Numbered from the stretch's first letter, positions 49,860-63,851 are shown. The stretch: DNA of 64,000 nt from Lytechinus pictus (GCF_037042905.1 NC_087251.1:16368001-16432000); one strand, 5' to 3'. Program-made: numbers and translations. Notes: generated by a model not told the origin, from the letters alone.

Positions 49860-52800
49860 ATGTCATCCAGGAATTTGATTACTGCTTATCACCAAGATCG
49901 CCGACGCTGGGCTTGGAAATCACAAACAAAGAATATTGGTGAGTTCAACTTTACTTTACTCATTTAGTTTAATGAGAATTTTGAGATAGTATTAGTAATG
50001 ACGTTCCACACTACCACAGTCAGTTATTGAGTTAACATGAAATTCATGTCATTTTCACAAAATTTTGCGTAGGCCTAGAGTTAATTTTGCACCTTAATAC
50101 TCCAAATTATGCAAAAATTGACATGGGTTAATGAAATCATGTGCTTGAATTTTCGCTATCGAGCTTTCAAGTTAATCTTTTTGAAAGGTCTTCTTGAGTT
50201 GAGAAATGTACGTCATAATTTTTAGACCCCACGCCCACAGGCTAACGTCGAGTTTATTATACCTCTATTACTTTGAAATCCATCAAAATTTTACCAAAAT
50301 TTACATTATACTTATAGGCCTAGTTTAGAATTATATAGGGGTCCTACTTCTTCTTCCATTAGACTTAGATTACATCCATTGATGTCAATGACCTAGACAG
50401 CTGGCAGCCGTCTGTTTCGAGAAGTTATTCAACATTTTTTTATTTTTTAAATTTCTCGTACACAGACGGCTCGCTATCATGTATAACCCAGGGAGCCCAG
50501 GGGCTTACCGTGTATTTGACCATACTAACGGGACTAGCGTGATTTATGGTCTAAATATTTCTCCAAATGAATTGTGAAAACAGAAATTATGCACTTACCA
50601 AGATTATATGGATGAAGGTATAACGAGTGGCATTTTCCTGACATCGAGGCACAGACTGGAACCTCAAAAAACGAAAAGTTCTCTCCTACCACAGTCTCGA
50701 TCGGCCATTTTTGTTATGAATCTTAACAAAATGGCCGATCGAGACTGGGGTAGAAGGAGAGAACAGTCCAGTTGGTGTGTTATCTGCCAATTTGAAAAAA
50801 GCCTTCCGTGCTAAGCTTAGACAAGCAAGAGCTGCTTGCAGGAATGGTCTTCTGTCAAGAATTGAGGGAGCCGACGAACACAACGACAGACTGTTCTATA
50901 CACTAGTGAAAGAACGAGGCCCTGGCTCTGATGTGCACCAACTCAACCCTGGAGGTCTCACCTACTCTGGGCCCGATATCATCCAGGGGTGGACTCGGCA
51001 TTTCCAGGATCTTGCCACCCCATCTGACTTCAGTTCTACACAGGCTCTGAATCCAACACATCCTGAGAATATGGACTCCCTTGCTATACATCATCCACAA
51101 GGGCTTGACCATCTCTTCACTTCAAAGGAGCTGTCCTTGGCCATCTCTTCATTAAGGCCTGACAAAGCTAGTGGTCCAGACAACATCTCTCCTGAGCACC
51201 TAATGTACACTGGGTGCACCACTAGGATCCTTATCCTCATCATGATGAACTGGATGATATATCTGAAGCACATTCCTCTCAGCCTTAAAGATGGCCTTGT
51301 CATTCCTCTCTTCAAAGGTGGGAGCAAGAATCCAACAGACCCAGGAAATTATAGGGGTATCACTCTGAATCCAGTCTTAGGAAAGCTGTTTGAGTTGTTG
51401 GTAAAGCCCAAACTTTCCCAACACTTACAAGAACACCAAATTCCAGACCCGTTGCAATTTGGTTTCCAACGAGAGAGGTCCTGTACTCTTACAGGTAAAG
51501 CACTTGACCTTCTCATCGAATCGTACAAGTCCCTCAACTAACCTCTGTACATAGCTATGTTGGATGCCCAGAAAGCATTCGACAGGGTCTGGCAAGATGG
51601 TCTCCTTTCGAAGATAGCAGCGACTCATCCACCTACAGTGCTGCTGGATACCATTACTGAATTTTACAACAGTTGCTCAAGCAAGGTATTCTGGAAGCAT
51701 GAAGTTGGTCCCTCCTTTCCTGTTCTCCAAGGAGTAAGGCAGGGGGAGTGCTTTCCCCCATGCTGTACACTCTCTACATCAACGACCTTATTAAGCGTCT
51801 GAGGGAGTGTCATCTTGCTGCTCAGTCGGCAACCTATATGTTGGGGTCATAGCCTTCGCGGATGACATTGCACTTCTTAGCAATGAGCCCATGGAACTGC
51901 AACAGATGTTGAATGTCACATTTAATTACACCCAGGAGTGGAATTACAAGATCGACCCCTCCAAGAGTGCAATCATTGTGCTTAATCAAGATCTTCAGAA
52001 CAGTGGCAACTCTTGGCAGATCAATGGTGAACCGATTGCACAGGTCTCCTCACACAAGCACCTTGGCATCGTCAGGACTGACATCTTCAGTATGACTACG
52101 CTGCTGATGCGATCACAAAGGGATACAGATCATTTTATGCCCTTGTGGGAACCTCACCACTAGGAGCAAGGGTAGTTCCCCATGTCGCTGCAAAACTGTG
52201 GAAAACTTTTTGTGTTACCAGGATGATCTTTGGCTGCTCTAGCATTCCCTTTTCAAGGGCAATGTTGAATCGCCTAGATAAAGCACAGGTTCACCTATTT
52301 AAGCGGATTCTGGGTCTACCAACAACATCAGCCGACGAAGCAGTATATCTTCTCACTGACATACATGTAATCCCAATGAGCCTGTTGGTCACCCAGGAAA
52401 AGCTCCTACTCCTGGGACAGACCTTGAGCACTGACATGGACAGGATAGAACGAAGGATGCTTCTTCATGGTATCTGTGCCAACACCAAATCCGTACAAGA
52501 ATGGCGTGCTGCACTTAAACAAAATTCAGCCTTCCCCACTTGATGAACTTGTAAGGAATCCCCCTAGCTACCATCTATGGAAGCGAATGGTTCAGTCGGT
52601 AGTGATTCAGGTATCCGGGGCCAGACAGCATAACGCCCTTACCAACAAGACATCCTTGTCCTTCTGGACTAGAACCCCTAAGCCAAAGGCGAAGGATCTG
52701 TACCCTGGGCACATTGCCAATCCAAATCTGAGTCAGCCATCACCATCCGTGCTCAGATCTCTTGCCAAGTCTATCTGACCCAAGCCAGGCTCGCCAAGAT

Positions 52801-55800
52801 CGGCAAAGCACCTGATGATTGCTGTCGTCTGTGCATGTCAGCCTGCGAGGATGTGGAACATCTGGTTGCTACCTGTCCAGCCCTAGCACCTGTCCGACAG
52901 GACCTTATCCAGCGGGTTAAGGCTAATCCCAACACCAAGCAGTTTGGACCGTGCTTTGAATCTACCCCTGCTCTTTTTGTAGAGTCGGTCCTTTTTTTTA
53001 CCTCCTGGGCGTATCAGTAGCAACACAAAAGCCCAATTACATACACTTGTTCTACACTTCTTACGCAACCTCCATACAACTCGTCAGAACTTACTCAGTA
53101 CTTCTTCATGATTGCAACTTAAAGCCTTCAATGAATTGCGGCCCTTCCAACGGTGCCGTTGATCTCCGACCTTAGCGGAGGAAGAACACAGGAGAGAGAG
53201 AGAGCATGTTTTCAAACTACCCGCACTTTTGTTGGAGCAAATGTGCTTTTAAATTTTATAAATAAACAAAACAAAAGGTGTCAAAAGGCTTGTATCTACT
53301 TAAAGGAAAATTCTTGAACCTTGAAGAGTAATCCCTTTTAGCAGCTTCAAAGCTATCCTGGGTGAAAACATTCTGATTCTGTGTATCAGTGCAGGGTGCC
53401 ATGCTGAAGTAATATACATTAAAAGAGAGTGTGCACCGTACAAGTAGAAACTGCCTCCTTGTTTACAGCATAATATGTAAAAGACCCAACAGGAGGCTGC
53501 ATCGTGTGGATTAATGGCTGTGCGGCCTCTCTAAACATTCTGGGTTTGTTCCTTACAACGGGTCCTGGTAGAGTGGTAGGTGATTCCAAATTTTGACAGG
53601 ACGTGCGAAGAAAGAGAACTTGTATGCATCAGTGGTTGCTTTCGGGATAACATATGTAAGGCTGTGATCATGTCGTCCAATATATTTGGCAGGACCAATG
53701 GTAGGAGGAATAGGTACAGCAACTAGATGATGATGAATTTTATGGAAGAGGGTACACTGAGTCAGAAGATGGCGTGTATAGAGACTATCCCATCCGAGTG
53801 CAGACACAAGGACTGAGGAAGATGTTGAGGTCCTGAAGTCACCGTGTACAAAGCGAGCAGCTGATCCTTGCACTTTTTCAATTGAGCTTAAATTGTACAT
53901 GTAGCTGTATGTGAGTTCCATGCCTCTGATGCATGTTCCAGTCGTAGACGGACCAATTCTACACAACACCACTATGCCATTTAAACAAACTCGATGTCAT
54001 ATTTTGCAGTAATGCAGAGTAAAGTATTCTAAAGAGGTAGATCTAGTGGCATTTGAAAATTTGGTCCACATATTATTTTCAGCTAATACTAATAGCTTCG
54101 TAAAATAACACATCAAGATTTGGTGAGTGCTGATGACTGGAAAAATAAGCTGATACCTGTAGCTGATTACTCACCTGTTCACTTATGACGTCAACGCGGA
54201 TGGCTCAAAATATGCGCAGATAGGGATGCGCACAAGCATAACTGGGATACGTCCTTAAATTAGTCCTCGGTCTAGATTGAGTAACCTAGGCCTACCCAAG
54301 CAACAACACTAGTCTAACATGTCTAACCTTTATAGTCTAGATCAGGGATTCTCAAATGGTGGCGCGCGCGCCACTTGTGGCGCACCGAGCCTTGCGGAGT
54401 GGCGCTTGGGAGCCGGTATAAAAAAAATTAAAAACAAGGAAAAATTGGTGAGAAAAAATGTACTACCAGTAACCTGGAAATAAGGATTTGGTGATCATTT
54501 TAATACAAAGAGAAAACAAAAACTCTTTACTTGACACTTAATTGCTAAAATTGATTACCTCAAATTTTGTCAAATTTAGCACTCGATAACCCCTATTATG
54601 GAAGATCGATGGTGTTCTACTTTTTATTTATTCTATATATGCTGTACAAAGTTTATGTGCCACACAAGTGATTTGAAAACCCCGTTTGTAGGATTTCTAT
54701 TTCAACGGCGAGAAATTTTGCATTTCCAGAGTATACGTTTTGGTTAAGAGTTAAACATCAAATAATATGATATTCAAAGAACATGATCATAAAAGATTAT
54801 GACTTTGGGACATAACAAGCAGAAACTTTGTTTCCGGAGCCGATTAAAATCCGAAGTTGTAAAAGTGAAATATGTTCAGATGTATTGCATGTACTCTCAA
54901 AACGAACTGAATGAATGATACCGCACCTGAGTTGTAGAGAGAGAGAGAGGGGCAGTTTGGGGCGTTAGTGCAGTGCAACGCATAATTTTCAGCCCTTGCA
55001 AAATCGGGGAATGTAACTTCAGCCACTGGCGTACAGATGGGGTGGGGATTGGGGGCCCTCCAAGTTTTTCACGGCCAAGAAAAAAAAGGAGAAAAGGAAA
55101 GGGAAAGAGTGGAACATTGTATTATTTTCTTAATATTATGTCAAAATATAGATTTTTGTATTGAATTTTTTTTTACTCATTACGCCACTTGCTTCAGCCA
55201 ATAGATCTGGTGCAGAACAGTCTGAACTCGTGGTATCATTGGTATGTTGTGAAAAAGTGACTGGTCATTTTTCTTTTAATGTTAATATTGTGTAGTTTGT
55301 TGGCATTTGTATTTCTTCTGTTGATATTAATTAGAGCCCCTATGGGCAATTTAAAAGGCCTCATATTCCAAAACTTATGGGGGCTCTGCCCCATCGACCC
55401 CCACCAGGGGCCTCATCTGGACCCCCTCCGCTGATACATTGCTGGTTTGCGTAATGGATAGTGGAGCATTACAGATTCTCAACAAGAAAAGTGGCGCTTC
55501 AGAAAAAGTAATTGAGAATGGCTAGATCCTACATTAAAAAGACAAAGTTTGTCAAAGTCTACTTTATGTTACATGGATTTTCTTTAACTTTTATTAAAAA
55601 CTGTACATGTATAAAGTAGATCTAGACTCTAATGGAACAGAGAAAAAAAATTATTATTTGATCTCCATGTTCTTATTACTAATAACTGGATGTACTGGAA
55701 AATGCATAGATCTGCAGCCCAGTTTCCAGGTCTATTTTTCATCCAAATTCTTTGTATCTTCCTCGTCAAAGTTTGCTTCATGTATAATGGTGTCATTGTC

Positions 55801-58800
55801 CAGTGTGCATAAAGGGCATGGCTTAAAGATTCTTGTTCTGTCTTGTGACAGTTCCACATGTTCACAGTTAGTTCCAAAATTCTAAGTTAAGAAATTATAG
55901 GAGGAAGAAGTAACAAGGGTGAAAGTACCCTATGTATGGACAGTGATTTTCTATTGAAAAAAAATTACTTTTTCCAAAAATGTCTCCATTTCAAACTTGA
56001 TATAAACTAGAAATTCTGTTTTGTCATAGAAAATTTACACAGCAAAAACATGAATTCTGTTTTGCAAAGGTAAATCCAATGAATTTTCACAAGATAAGTA
56101 AAGAACCGAAAAGGAACTGCTATTTCTATTTACTGGTAAATGGAAAATCAATGTCCTTCATATAAAATGAATCTCAGAAAGTATCACAACTCAAGATAAT
56201 TGGGTTGGTTTTTTTTACAATGCTTTATATCTTTTTGTTGATTTCAGCAGACGGTGCTCTGGAAAGCTGCTTAGAGCGTTTTGAGTGCCAGCGAGGGGAT
56301 GAGATTCATTTCACCACCCCTGAGTTTGTTGAAGGAATTCCACCATTTGCCTGTGAGTTTGCTGAGCTGCCTTCAATAAGTAATCATCTAGCTGCAGCCG
56401 ATGAGGATGGTAGGGTGTTCATCTATAACACCAACAAGTCTGGACCAGCCAAGCAGGTTCAAGGTAAATATCTTCTCAAGTACTAGCAGGCAGTAGCAGC
56501 TATGGTTCTAAGTTAAAAACAGAATTCAAAAGATATAGTTCAGGCCCTTCTCCTTCTGTCTCAATTACATGTACATGTAGTGATGAGACAAAAGTTTTTG
56601 TCTCGCCTGCATAGCAGAGCGAGACTATAGGCGCCGCTTTTCCGACGGCGGCGGCGTCAACATCAAATCTTAACCTAAGGTTAAGTTTTTGAAATGACAT
56701 CGTAACTTAGAAAGTATATGGACCTAGTTCATGAAACTCGGATTTAAGGGCAATCAAGTATTACTGAATATCCTGCCTGAGTTTCAGGTCACATGACCAA
56801 GGTCAAAGGTCATTTAGGGTCAATGAACTTAGACCATGTTGGGAGAATTATTTTCAAAATCTTAACCAAGGTTAAGTTTTTGAAATGACATAACTTAAAA
56901 AGTATATGGACCTAGTTCATGAAACTTAAGCATAAGATTAATCAAGTATTAGTGAACATCCTGATCGAGTTTCAGGTCACATGACCAAGGTCAAAGGTCA
57001 TTTAGGGTCAATGAACTTTGGCCAAGTTGGGGGTATTTGTTGAATTACCATCATAACTCTGAAAGTTTATGGATCTAGTTCATAAAACTTGGACATAAGA
57101 GTAATCAAGTATCACTGAACATCCTGTACGAGTTTCAGGTCATATGACCATGGTCGAAGGTCAGTTAAGGTCAATGAATTTTGGCCGAATTGGGGGTATT
57201 TGTTGAATTACCATCCTAACTCTGAAAGTTTATGGATCCAGTTCATAAAACTTGGGATATAAGAGTAATTAAGTATCACTGAACATCCCCTGTGAGTTTC
57301 AGGTCACAAAACCAAGGTCAAAGGTCAGTTAAGGTCAATAAACTTTGGCCAAGTTGGGGGTGTTTGTTAAATTACCATCATAACTCTGAAAGTTTATGGA
57401 TCTAGTTCATAAAACTTGGACATAAGAGTAATCAAGTATCACTGAACATCCTGTACGAGTTTCAGGTCATATGACCATGGTCAAAGGTCAGTTAAGGTCA
57501 ATGAACTTTGGCCGAATTGGGGGTATTTGTTGAATTACCATCCTAACTCTGAAAGTTTATGGATCCAGTTCATAAAACTTGGGATATAAGAGTAATCAAG
57601 TATCACTGAACATCCCCTGTGAGTTTCAGGTCACAAAACCAAGGTCAAAGGTCAGTTAAGGTCAATAAACTTTGGCCATATTGGGGTATTTGTTGAATTG
57701 CCATCATAACTTTGAAAGTTTATAGATAGAGTGAATGAAATGTGGACATGGGTGTAGTTGACAAGTCTTTATATAAGTCACCGTTCAAATGTCATTTATG
57801 GTCAATGAACTTGGTATTATGTCATTATATGAATGGTGTTTTTGTGAATGATTATTTTATAGTAGTTTTCAAAGTTAGCACTGCTGCTATATTAAATTGC
57901 GTAATGCAGGCGAGACTGCCAGAGGCGTTCCACTTGTTTATTATGTCTACTACCTCTTTATATTCATACAGGTCACTGGTTTTGAGTGGGAAATTATCAG
58001 TTTTTATTTCTTTGGATAAATATAAGTTAAATCTCATTTTATTTTATTCAAATTTATTAATCTACTTGATCTTTTCACAAATTATTTTTGTATGCCATAT
58101 TGCTTATTAATAGATTGGTCAGCACACAATAATGCTATCTTTGATGTTGCCTGGTCATACACGGAACCACACATAGTGACAGCATCAGGTGACCAGTCTG
58201 CTGCCCTCTGGGACGTTCAGACTGCCAAACGACTGGCTACGTTCAAGCAGCACAAATGCAGTCTGAAATCTGTCAGTTTCCGGCCTTGGGATGGGCATGT
58301 TTTTGCCTCGGGTGCAAGAGACGGGAGCATTATGATATGGGATGACCGCTGCAAGAAAAAAGGTTTGAAAGTTTTACTGTCACTTTCCTCCCCGTTTCTG
58401 AATTGGTCACAATTTTGGAGTGGGGGAGATGATGTGATGAACTCTTGTAGAAATGCCATCATATTTTATGTCTGATTGTCCAGTAGAGAGACACAATTTC
58501 AAGCTTTATTGGATCTGATATTTCAGATTTCCAGATTTCAGTTACGCTTATTTTGTTAAAAGTACATTGATTTGTTGCTGAAAAATTTGAGGAATGAATA
58601 AAAACTGTAATATAGTTTTATTCTATAAGATTTAAATAGCAAGATTGTCCTTGAAGACAATTGAATTTTTTAGGCCTGAAATTGCAACAAGAAATGTATG
58701 CAAACTTAATTCCAAGTAATGTACTAGTTAATAGTTCATTTATCTTCACGAAAGTAAAAGGGTTGGAGTGAGAGACTGTACTTTTTAAAGCGTGCAAAGA

Positions 58801-61800
58801 ATAGCAATCTTGATACCAACGAATGTACATCTTTATGAGGGAAGAAGACTGAATCTGAAAAACTTGTCTAAGGATGCATCAATATATTAATTCTCACTTT
58901 TTTTTATTTGTATTATGTTATACAGGAAAAGGATCAAGTCTGCTTCCTGTATTATGGGTTAGTGATGCCCACATTGACCAGACTACAGCCAAAGCTCAGC
59001 CGAAACGTCGCAGGAAGTTAGCACCAAACCTCCCGACCATTAACTCATCCTACAGCGTCAGTGTGGTGCTCTTCCAGAAAGAGGACATCCTACTTTCGGC
59101 TGGCTCCGCAGATGGGTAAGAATAGAAGAATTCCTCCGAAACTCTCTGTGCTTAATTTCACATTCAATTTCACATATGATATTAACATTTGGTAATTAGA
59201 TTTACAGGAAAACTAACAAAACTGTATTAAAGCTACTGGTAAGTGTATAAAAATAGAAAAAAGTACTTGTCATCTTGTCATCACTTCAAAAATAATGATT
59301 TGAAATTGAAAATGGAAGCTTGGACGGACTGATACCTGTTTCAAGATGAATAATTTATTGGTGAAGTCATTTTTTTCCTGAACGCCCCCATTCTTCCTCA
59401 GGATTGTCAAGGTTTGGGATGTCCGTAAACTGAAGACTTCAGGATCATCAACCCCTACCCCTTCACATCAATTCCCATACAGAGGCACAAGCAACAGAAA
59501 GAGAGGTATGAGCTACGCTTACAAGTCTATCTGTGTAGAACATGAATGTGTCTTATCTATTGCTATATCATCATGAACTCCACCAAATCGAGTCATTTAT
59601 TTCTTATCATCTGCCAATACGTGGAGCATTATGAATCATTACTTTCATTTATAGATGTCCAGCAGTGTATTAAAATGAAAAGCATATGAAATGCACAGCT
59701 AGATTGTCTGGTAATTATCTTCCAATGTCCCGGTTTGGTGTAGGTGATATGTAATATATCTGTACAAGTAATATTTTCTTAATTCATGTTCATTGTTAAA
59801 TGTATACAAATTTTGCAAAAAAAGTATTGAGACAACTCTAAAGGTGTTTCTTTTCTTTTGTTATTTTATTATTCAAGTTTACAATTTTCCCCCTCCAAAT
59901 TGTGATGTATTTGATCTTGATAGAAGAAAAAAATTCTCGAGATTCATTTGTCGGACTCAAATCATAAAAAAATTATGAAATGCTTAATATGAATGAACAC
60001 ATTTCAAATTTTCATTTTGCCATTTCTTCAGAATTTCTTACATGTTTCTATATACCATGAAACGCATGCATTTGATGCCTAATTTACGAAACTTTATTCC
60101 TTGTAGGCTATTCCTCATTATCGCTGACATCAACACGAACCCGGGTGTTTGCAAGCTGCACAGACAGTGTAGTCTATGAGTACGATCTCAGTGGTGTGCT
60201 TCGATCGCAGCCCGTCGCTAGGTATCAGGGTCATGTGAACTCTACATTCTTTGTAAAAGCTGCCATCTCTCCTGACGACCTCTACCTTTTATCTGGGTCC
60301 AGTGACAACTATGCTTACATTTGGAAGGTAATATTAATCTGTTCTTTTTATTGTGTGATATACGTAAGGTATTTCTTGGTGTTTGCCTATCATTAAAGAT
60401 TACTTAATAGATGGAATAATGCATCTAATAATAATACTGACTTTGTATTTTGTTTAAGAATGAATATGGTACTTCCAGCTTGGAAATAAAACGAACAATC
60501 TGTAGTTGGTGCAGTATACTATGTTGCTAATTGTCTTTCATGTGTTTTTGTTATACCAATAACAGATAGGAGAGCCTGAATCCCCTTCAGTGATTTTAGA
60601 AGGTCATGATGCAGAGGTCACTTCTGTTACATGGTGCCCAACAGATTTCACTAAGGTAAAATCCCAGATAATCTATCAAATTTCTTCTTTTTGCCCAGTT
60701 CAAAGTTGCATAAATTTGTTTTTCTTATTTATCATTATTGTCTTCCTATTGATGTATAGGCCTTAGCGTATACATATATAAGGGGGGGGGGGGTTGGTTA
60801 CCTACATACGTACACAGGAGTGTACTACTTTGATTCCCAATATTTTTACCGAAAATTACTAATTGTAGGGTATCTTTTAAATTTCAATTTGTAGAATACA
60901 TTGCTGTTCATTTTGTCACCAAGGAGCAAGAAACTTATCTTCTTGATAAAAGGCCACGCTTGAATAAGGAATGGGAGCTTGAATGGCACATTTCAGTCAG
61001 AAACAATTTCTTAATGATTCATTATTGCAACAATGTTGACCAGATTTACATATTTTAAAGATTGAAATGGTTCTAATCTGAATGGGGTGATTTTCTTTGT
61101 CTTTGAAGGTTGTGACATGTTCTGATGATAACACTATGAGGATATGGAAGATGTCTACCGGTGAGAAGGTTGATGATGATGGGATCAATAGGGTCATAGG
61201 ATGGGCCAAGAGATGCAAAAGGAAATTAGTTAAAGAGAGTCAAGGTAAGGGACTTGTGTTCAGAATTGCCAGTATTCACAAACTATGATGTACTTAAATC
61301 AACTTACATGTAGATCTCACAAGGCAATTCCACGTAGATCTGTCACTTAGAGATCTTGTTGATTGGCTATGTGTCCACCTGTCTTGCACAATTGATTGTA
61401 AATATTAATATTTATTTTCATCTCTATGTTACCGGGTCCTGATTTTCTCTTATGATCATTCTATTTTTTTTTTCCTTTACTTTTTTACTTTAAATTCATA
61501 TATTCCAGTTGCCATAAATATACCAAATTACAATTCAAATCATTTCATATTTGTTGTTTTGCTTTCCAGGACATTAACTGAAGAAAAGAACTTGGCATAT
61601 TACAGTACAGTTTTATAACCTATCTCTTATTTTTGTTCTGTTGTATTTCAGTATTCTTGGGTATTTGTCAATCATGAAAAGATATTTCAATATATTTGTC
61701 TGAATTTATTGAAAGTTTTACATTAGTATTAAATCTTGCCCTCTCTCTTTGACAGAAACAGAAAGTGGGCCTTCACAGTCATGTTCAGAGAGTAGCAGGA

Positions 61801-62780
61801 CTACTCCTTCAACTGGTGAAGTGCCCCTTTCACCTCAACCCAGCCCTACACCATCTAGCACAAAGAAGAGAAGGTTTAGTTTGAAGGAATGGGTAACCAT
61901 CTCCCCCAAACCCTCAAGATCGGCTTCCCCAGTGCCATCACCCAAAAGACTCAAGAGTGAAAGCTCAGAAGATATTCAGGATTCACAAATAAATGGACAG
62001 AGTGAGTCAGTCCTGAAGAGGAAGGTGAATTCGGAAGAGAAAGAGGAAACCAGTGCTGTCAAGAAGATCAAAATTGGCAACTGCAAAGCCAAGTTTGCAG
62101 CATCAGCGAGTTCCTCTGTGCCTGCATCCGAAGTATCTGAGATTGAAGGTTCAGCATGCAGCCAGGGAATGCAAAAGAATCATGAAAGTGTATTGCCTCA
62201 GAAGAGAAAGATGGCTGCAGTCAATGCAAAGGACATTTGTACTGTGAAGAAGGCAAAAGTTGATAGTGTAGGAGCTGCTTCAGGTTTGCTGGAAACCTTG
62301 AAATGTGTTGATGATACAAGTGCAATACCAAGAAGTGATGACAATGGCCATGTGAAAGACACACCTCATAGGCCACTTGCAAGGGATCATGATGATAGTA
62401 GCGAGATTGGACAAGACAAAGAAAATCTAAAGGAAGACAGTGTCAGATTTGATCAGCCAAAGAATCCTCACACCAATGTCCAACGTTCCCCTCTCAAGGA
62501 TGATCTTCCAATGAACAGGCCAAAGGGCAGTTCCACCTCAAAATTGACAACAAAACGGAACATTGCATTCCACTTTCAGGCATCTCCCAGAGCGAGTGAG
62601 GAGCAGGTAAAGCTACTGAAGGAGGATGGGGGCAGTCCAGAGATGCAGCAGCAGAACTTGAAGGAGTGTTTCAAGGAGAAGAAGAGTGGAGGACTTGTCC
62701 CATCGAAAAGAAGAAGTATTACCAGACCCATTTCTGGTTACTTCAAGCCAATTGAAAAGAAATCTAAATCAGATACATGA
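49860..62780 (+). CDS. DTL: Denticleless/CDT2, WD40 substrate receptor of CRL4, about 769 aa
   Basis: Exons 49860-49938 (inferred from ATG, strong donor and phase), 56248-56463, 58114-58362, 58926-59115, 59402-59505, 60107-60327, 60566-60655, 61109-61244, 61756-62780; total 2310 nt. Peptides PPFACEF, WSAHNNAIFDVAW, TASGDQ, HKCSLKSV, GARDGSIMIWDDR, GHVNSTFFVK, SGSSD, EVTSVTWCPTDFTK, TCSDDNTMRIW match CDT2. Confidence 0.93.
50770..53205 (+). mobile_element. 5'-truncated non-LTR retrotransposon (RTEX/CR1-group-like) in DTL intron 1
   Basis: RT motifs KASGPDNI, IPLFKG, NYRGITL, QFGF, LDAQKAFDRV, QGVRQG, AFADDIAL; C-terminal CRLC...H...CPAL zinc knuckle; few stops or frameshifts; (GA)n tail. Confidence 0.9.
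53531..53900 (-). mobile_element. CR1-group LINE 3' fragment
   Basis: IEKVQGSAARFV...LGWDSL...YKFSFFARPVKIWNHLP. Confidence 0.8.
54343..55525. mobile_element. hAT-like composite MITE
   Basis: CAGGGATTCTCAAA..GTGGCGC at the left and GTGGCGC...TTGAGAATGGCTA at the right, with internal nested fragments. Confidence 0.5.
56594..57940 (+). mobile_element. Helentron/HINE-like element carrying a ~163-bp tandem array, in DTL intron 2
   Basis: T-rich insertion site, subterminal inverted repeat GTCTCGCCTGCA / TGCAGGCGAGAC, (GGC)n microsatellite, about 6 internal units containing GGTCAAAGGTCA. Confidence 0.75.
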
Positions 62781-63238
62781 CAGAGGCAGAAGTCCTTGTC
62801 CTTGTTTAAAATGTGTTTTTCTAAATTTGAATATGGGATCTTGTTATGATAAGTGTAGCACTCTTCAAATCGTAGTTGCCATTGTTTTGTTATTCAACGC
62901 CATCAGTATGTACATATTGTTTTACATACAATACATGCATGTGTGTCTCTGCAAAAGTATTTCTGACTGAAACAGTGGATTGAGGCTAAATGTACATTAA
63001 CACATCTTATCAGTTTTAACCTTCAACACTGTCAATGAGAAATAAGTTTCACAAATAATATTTGTGTGAGAGAACTTTGAATTTCATTGCCTACCCCTTT
63101 TCCCCTATATTCATTAACTTATCATCAGGCTTGCCAATTTACGAAGTTCCCTTTCAAATAAAAATGATGGACAATCTATCTTTTTATTTGAAAAAAAAAA
63201 TTTAATTGCAAGAAACAGTGTTTGCAATAGAATCCAAT

Positions 63239-63378
63239 CAGGGGCCTGTGCCAGAAAGAGTTGCGATCAAACAACTCCAAAAATTAAATGCAACTTCATT
63301 TTCAGCCAATGAAATGTTCATAAGGGGACTTGCAATTGATTTGTTTCTTATGTTCAATCGCAACTCTTTCTGCAACAT
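63239..63378. mobile_element. Palindromic Harbinger-like MITE 3' of DTL
   Basis: CAGAAAGAGTTGCGAT / ATCGCAACTCTTTCTG inverted pair. Confidence 0.55.
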
Positions 63379-63696
63379 ATATCTCTTGACTTTGACTACC
63401 TTGTCTTCAGTGAATTCAGTGACCACTTGCTATAGCTTTTACAGACTCATTTTTAAATTCATTCTGTAAAGGAGAACTGAAATTGTTTTCACATTTCACA
63501 ATTCCCTATACAACTTTTTTTACTCCAAGTAATACAAGTTTAAACAATGACATGTAAAGATGAAGAGTTAACTGTTATAAATGAATTTGAATGATTGTAG
63601 AATTATAATGCAACTGGCTGGTGACATGCATGTAAAAAGCCAACTTCAGAAATTTTAGAATTTCTATGAGTATTGCAAGTTTTCAAAAACACTACT

Positions 63697-63851
63697 CAGG
63701 GGCCGCGGAACCGGGGGGGGGGGGGGGGCTTTAGCCCCCCCCCCCCCCACTTTTTTCCAAAACTGTGTACAAAAATGTAAAAATGACCATATGATTGTGA
63801 TTTTTAGCATAGTCAGCCCCCCCCACTTTTAAAAACGTTCTGCGGCCCCTG
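63697..63851. mobile_element. CAGGGG-ended MITE with 5-bp TSD
   Basis: CTACT|CAGGGGCCGCGGAAC ... GTTCTGCGGCCCCTG|CTACT. Confidence 0.8.

Noticed and set aside
50777-53020. Active or domesticated reverse transcriptase gene
   Set aside because: In-frame stop at about 51539, several frameshifts and no endonuclease or ORF1; a dead LINE copy.
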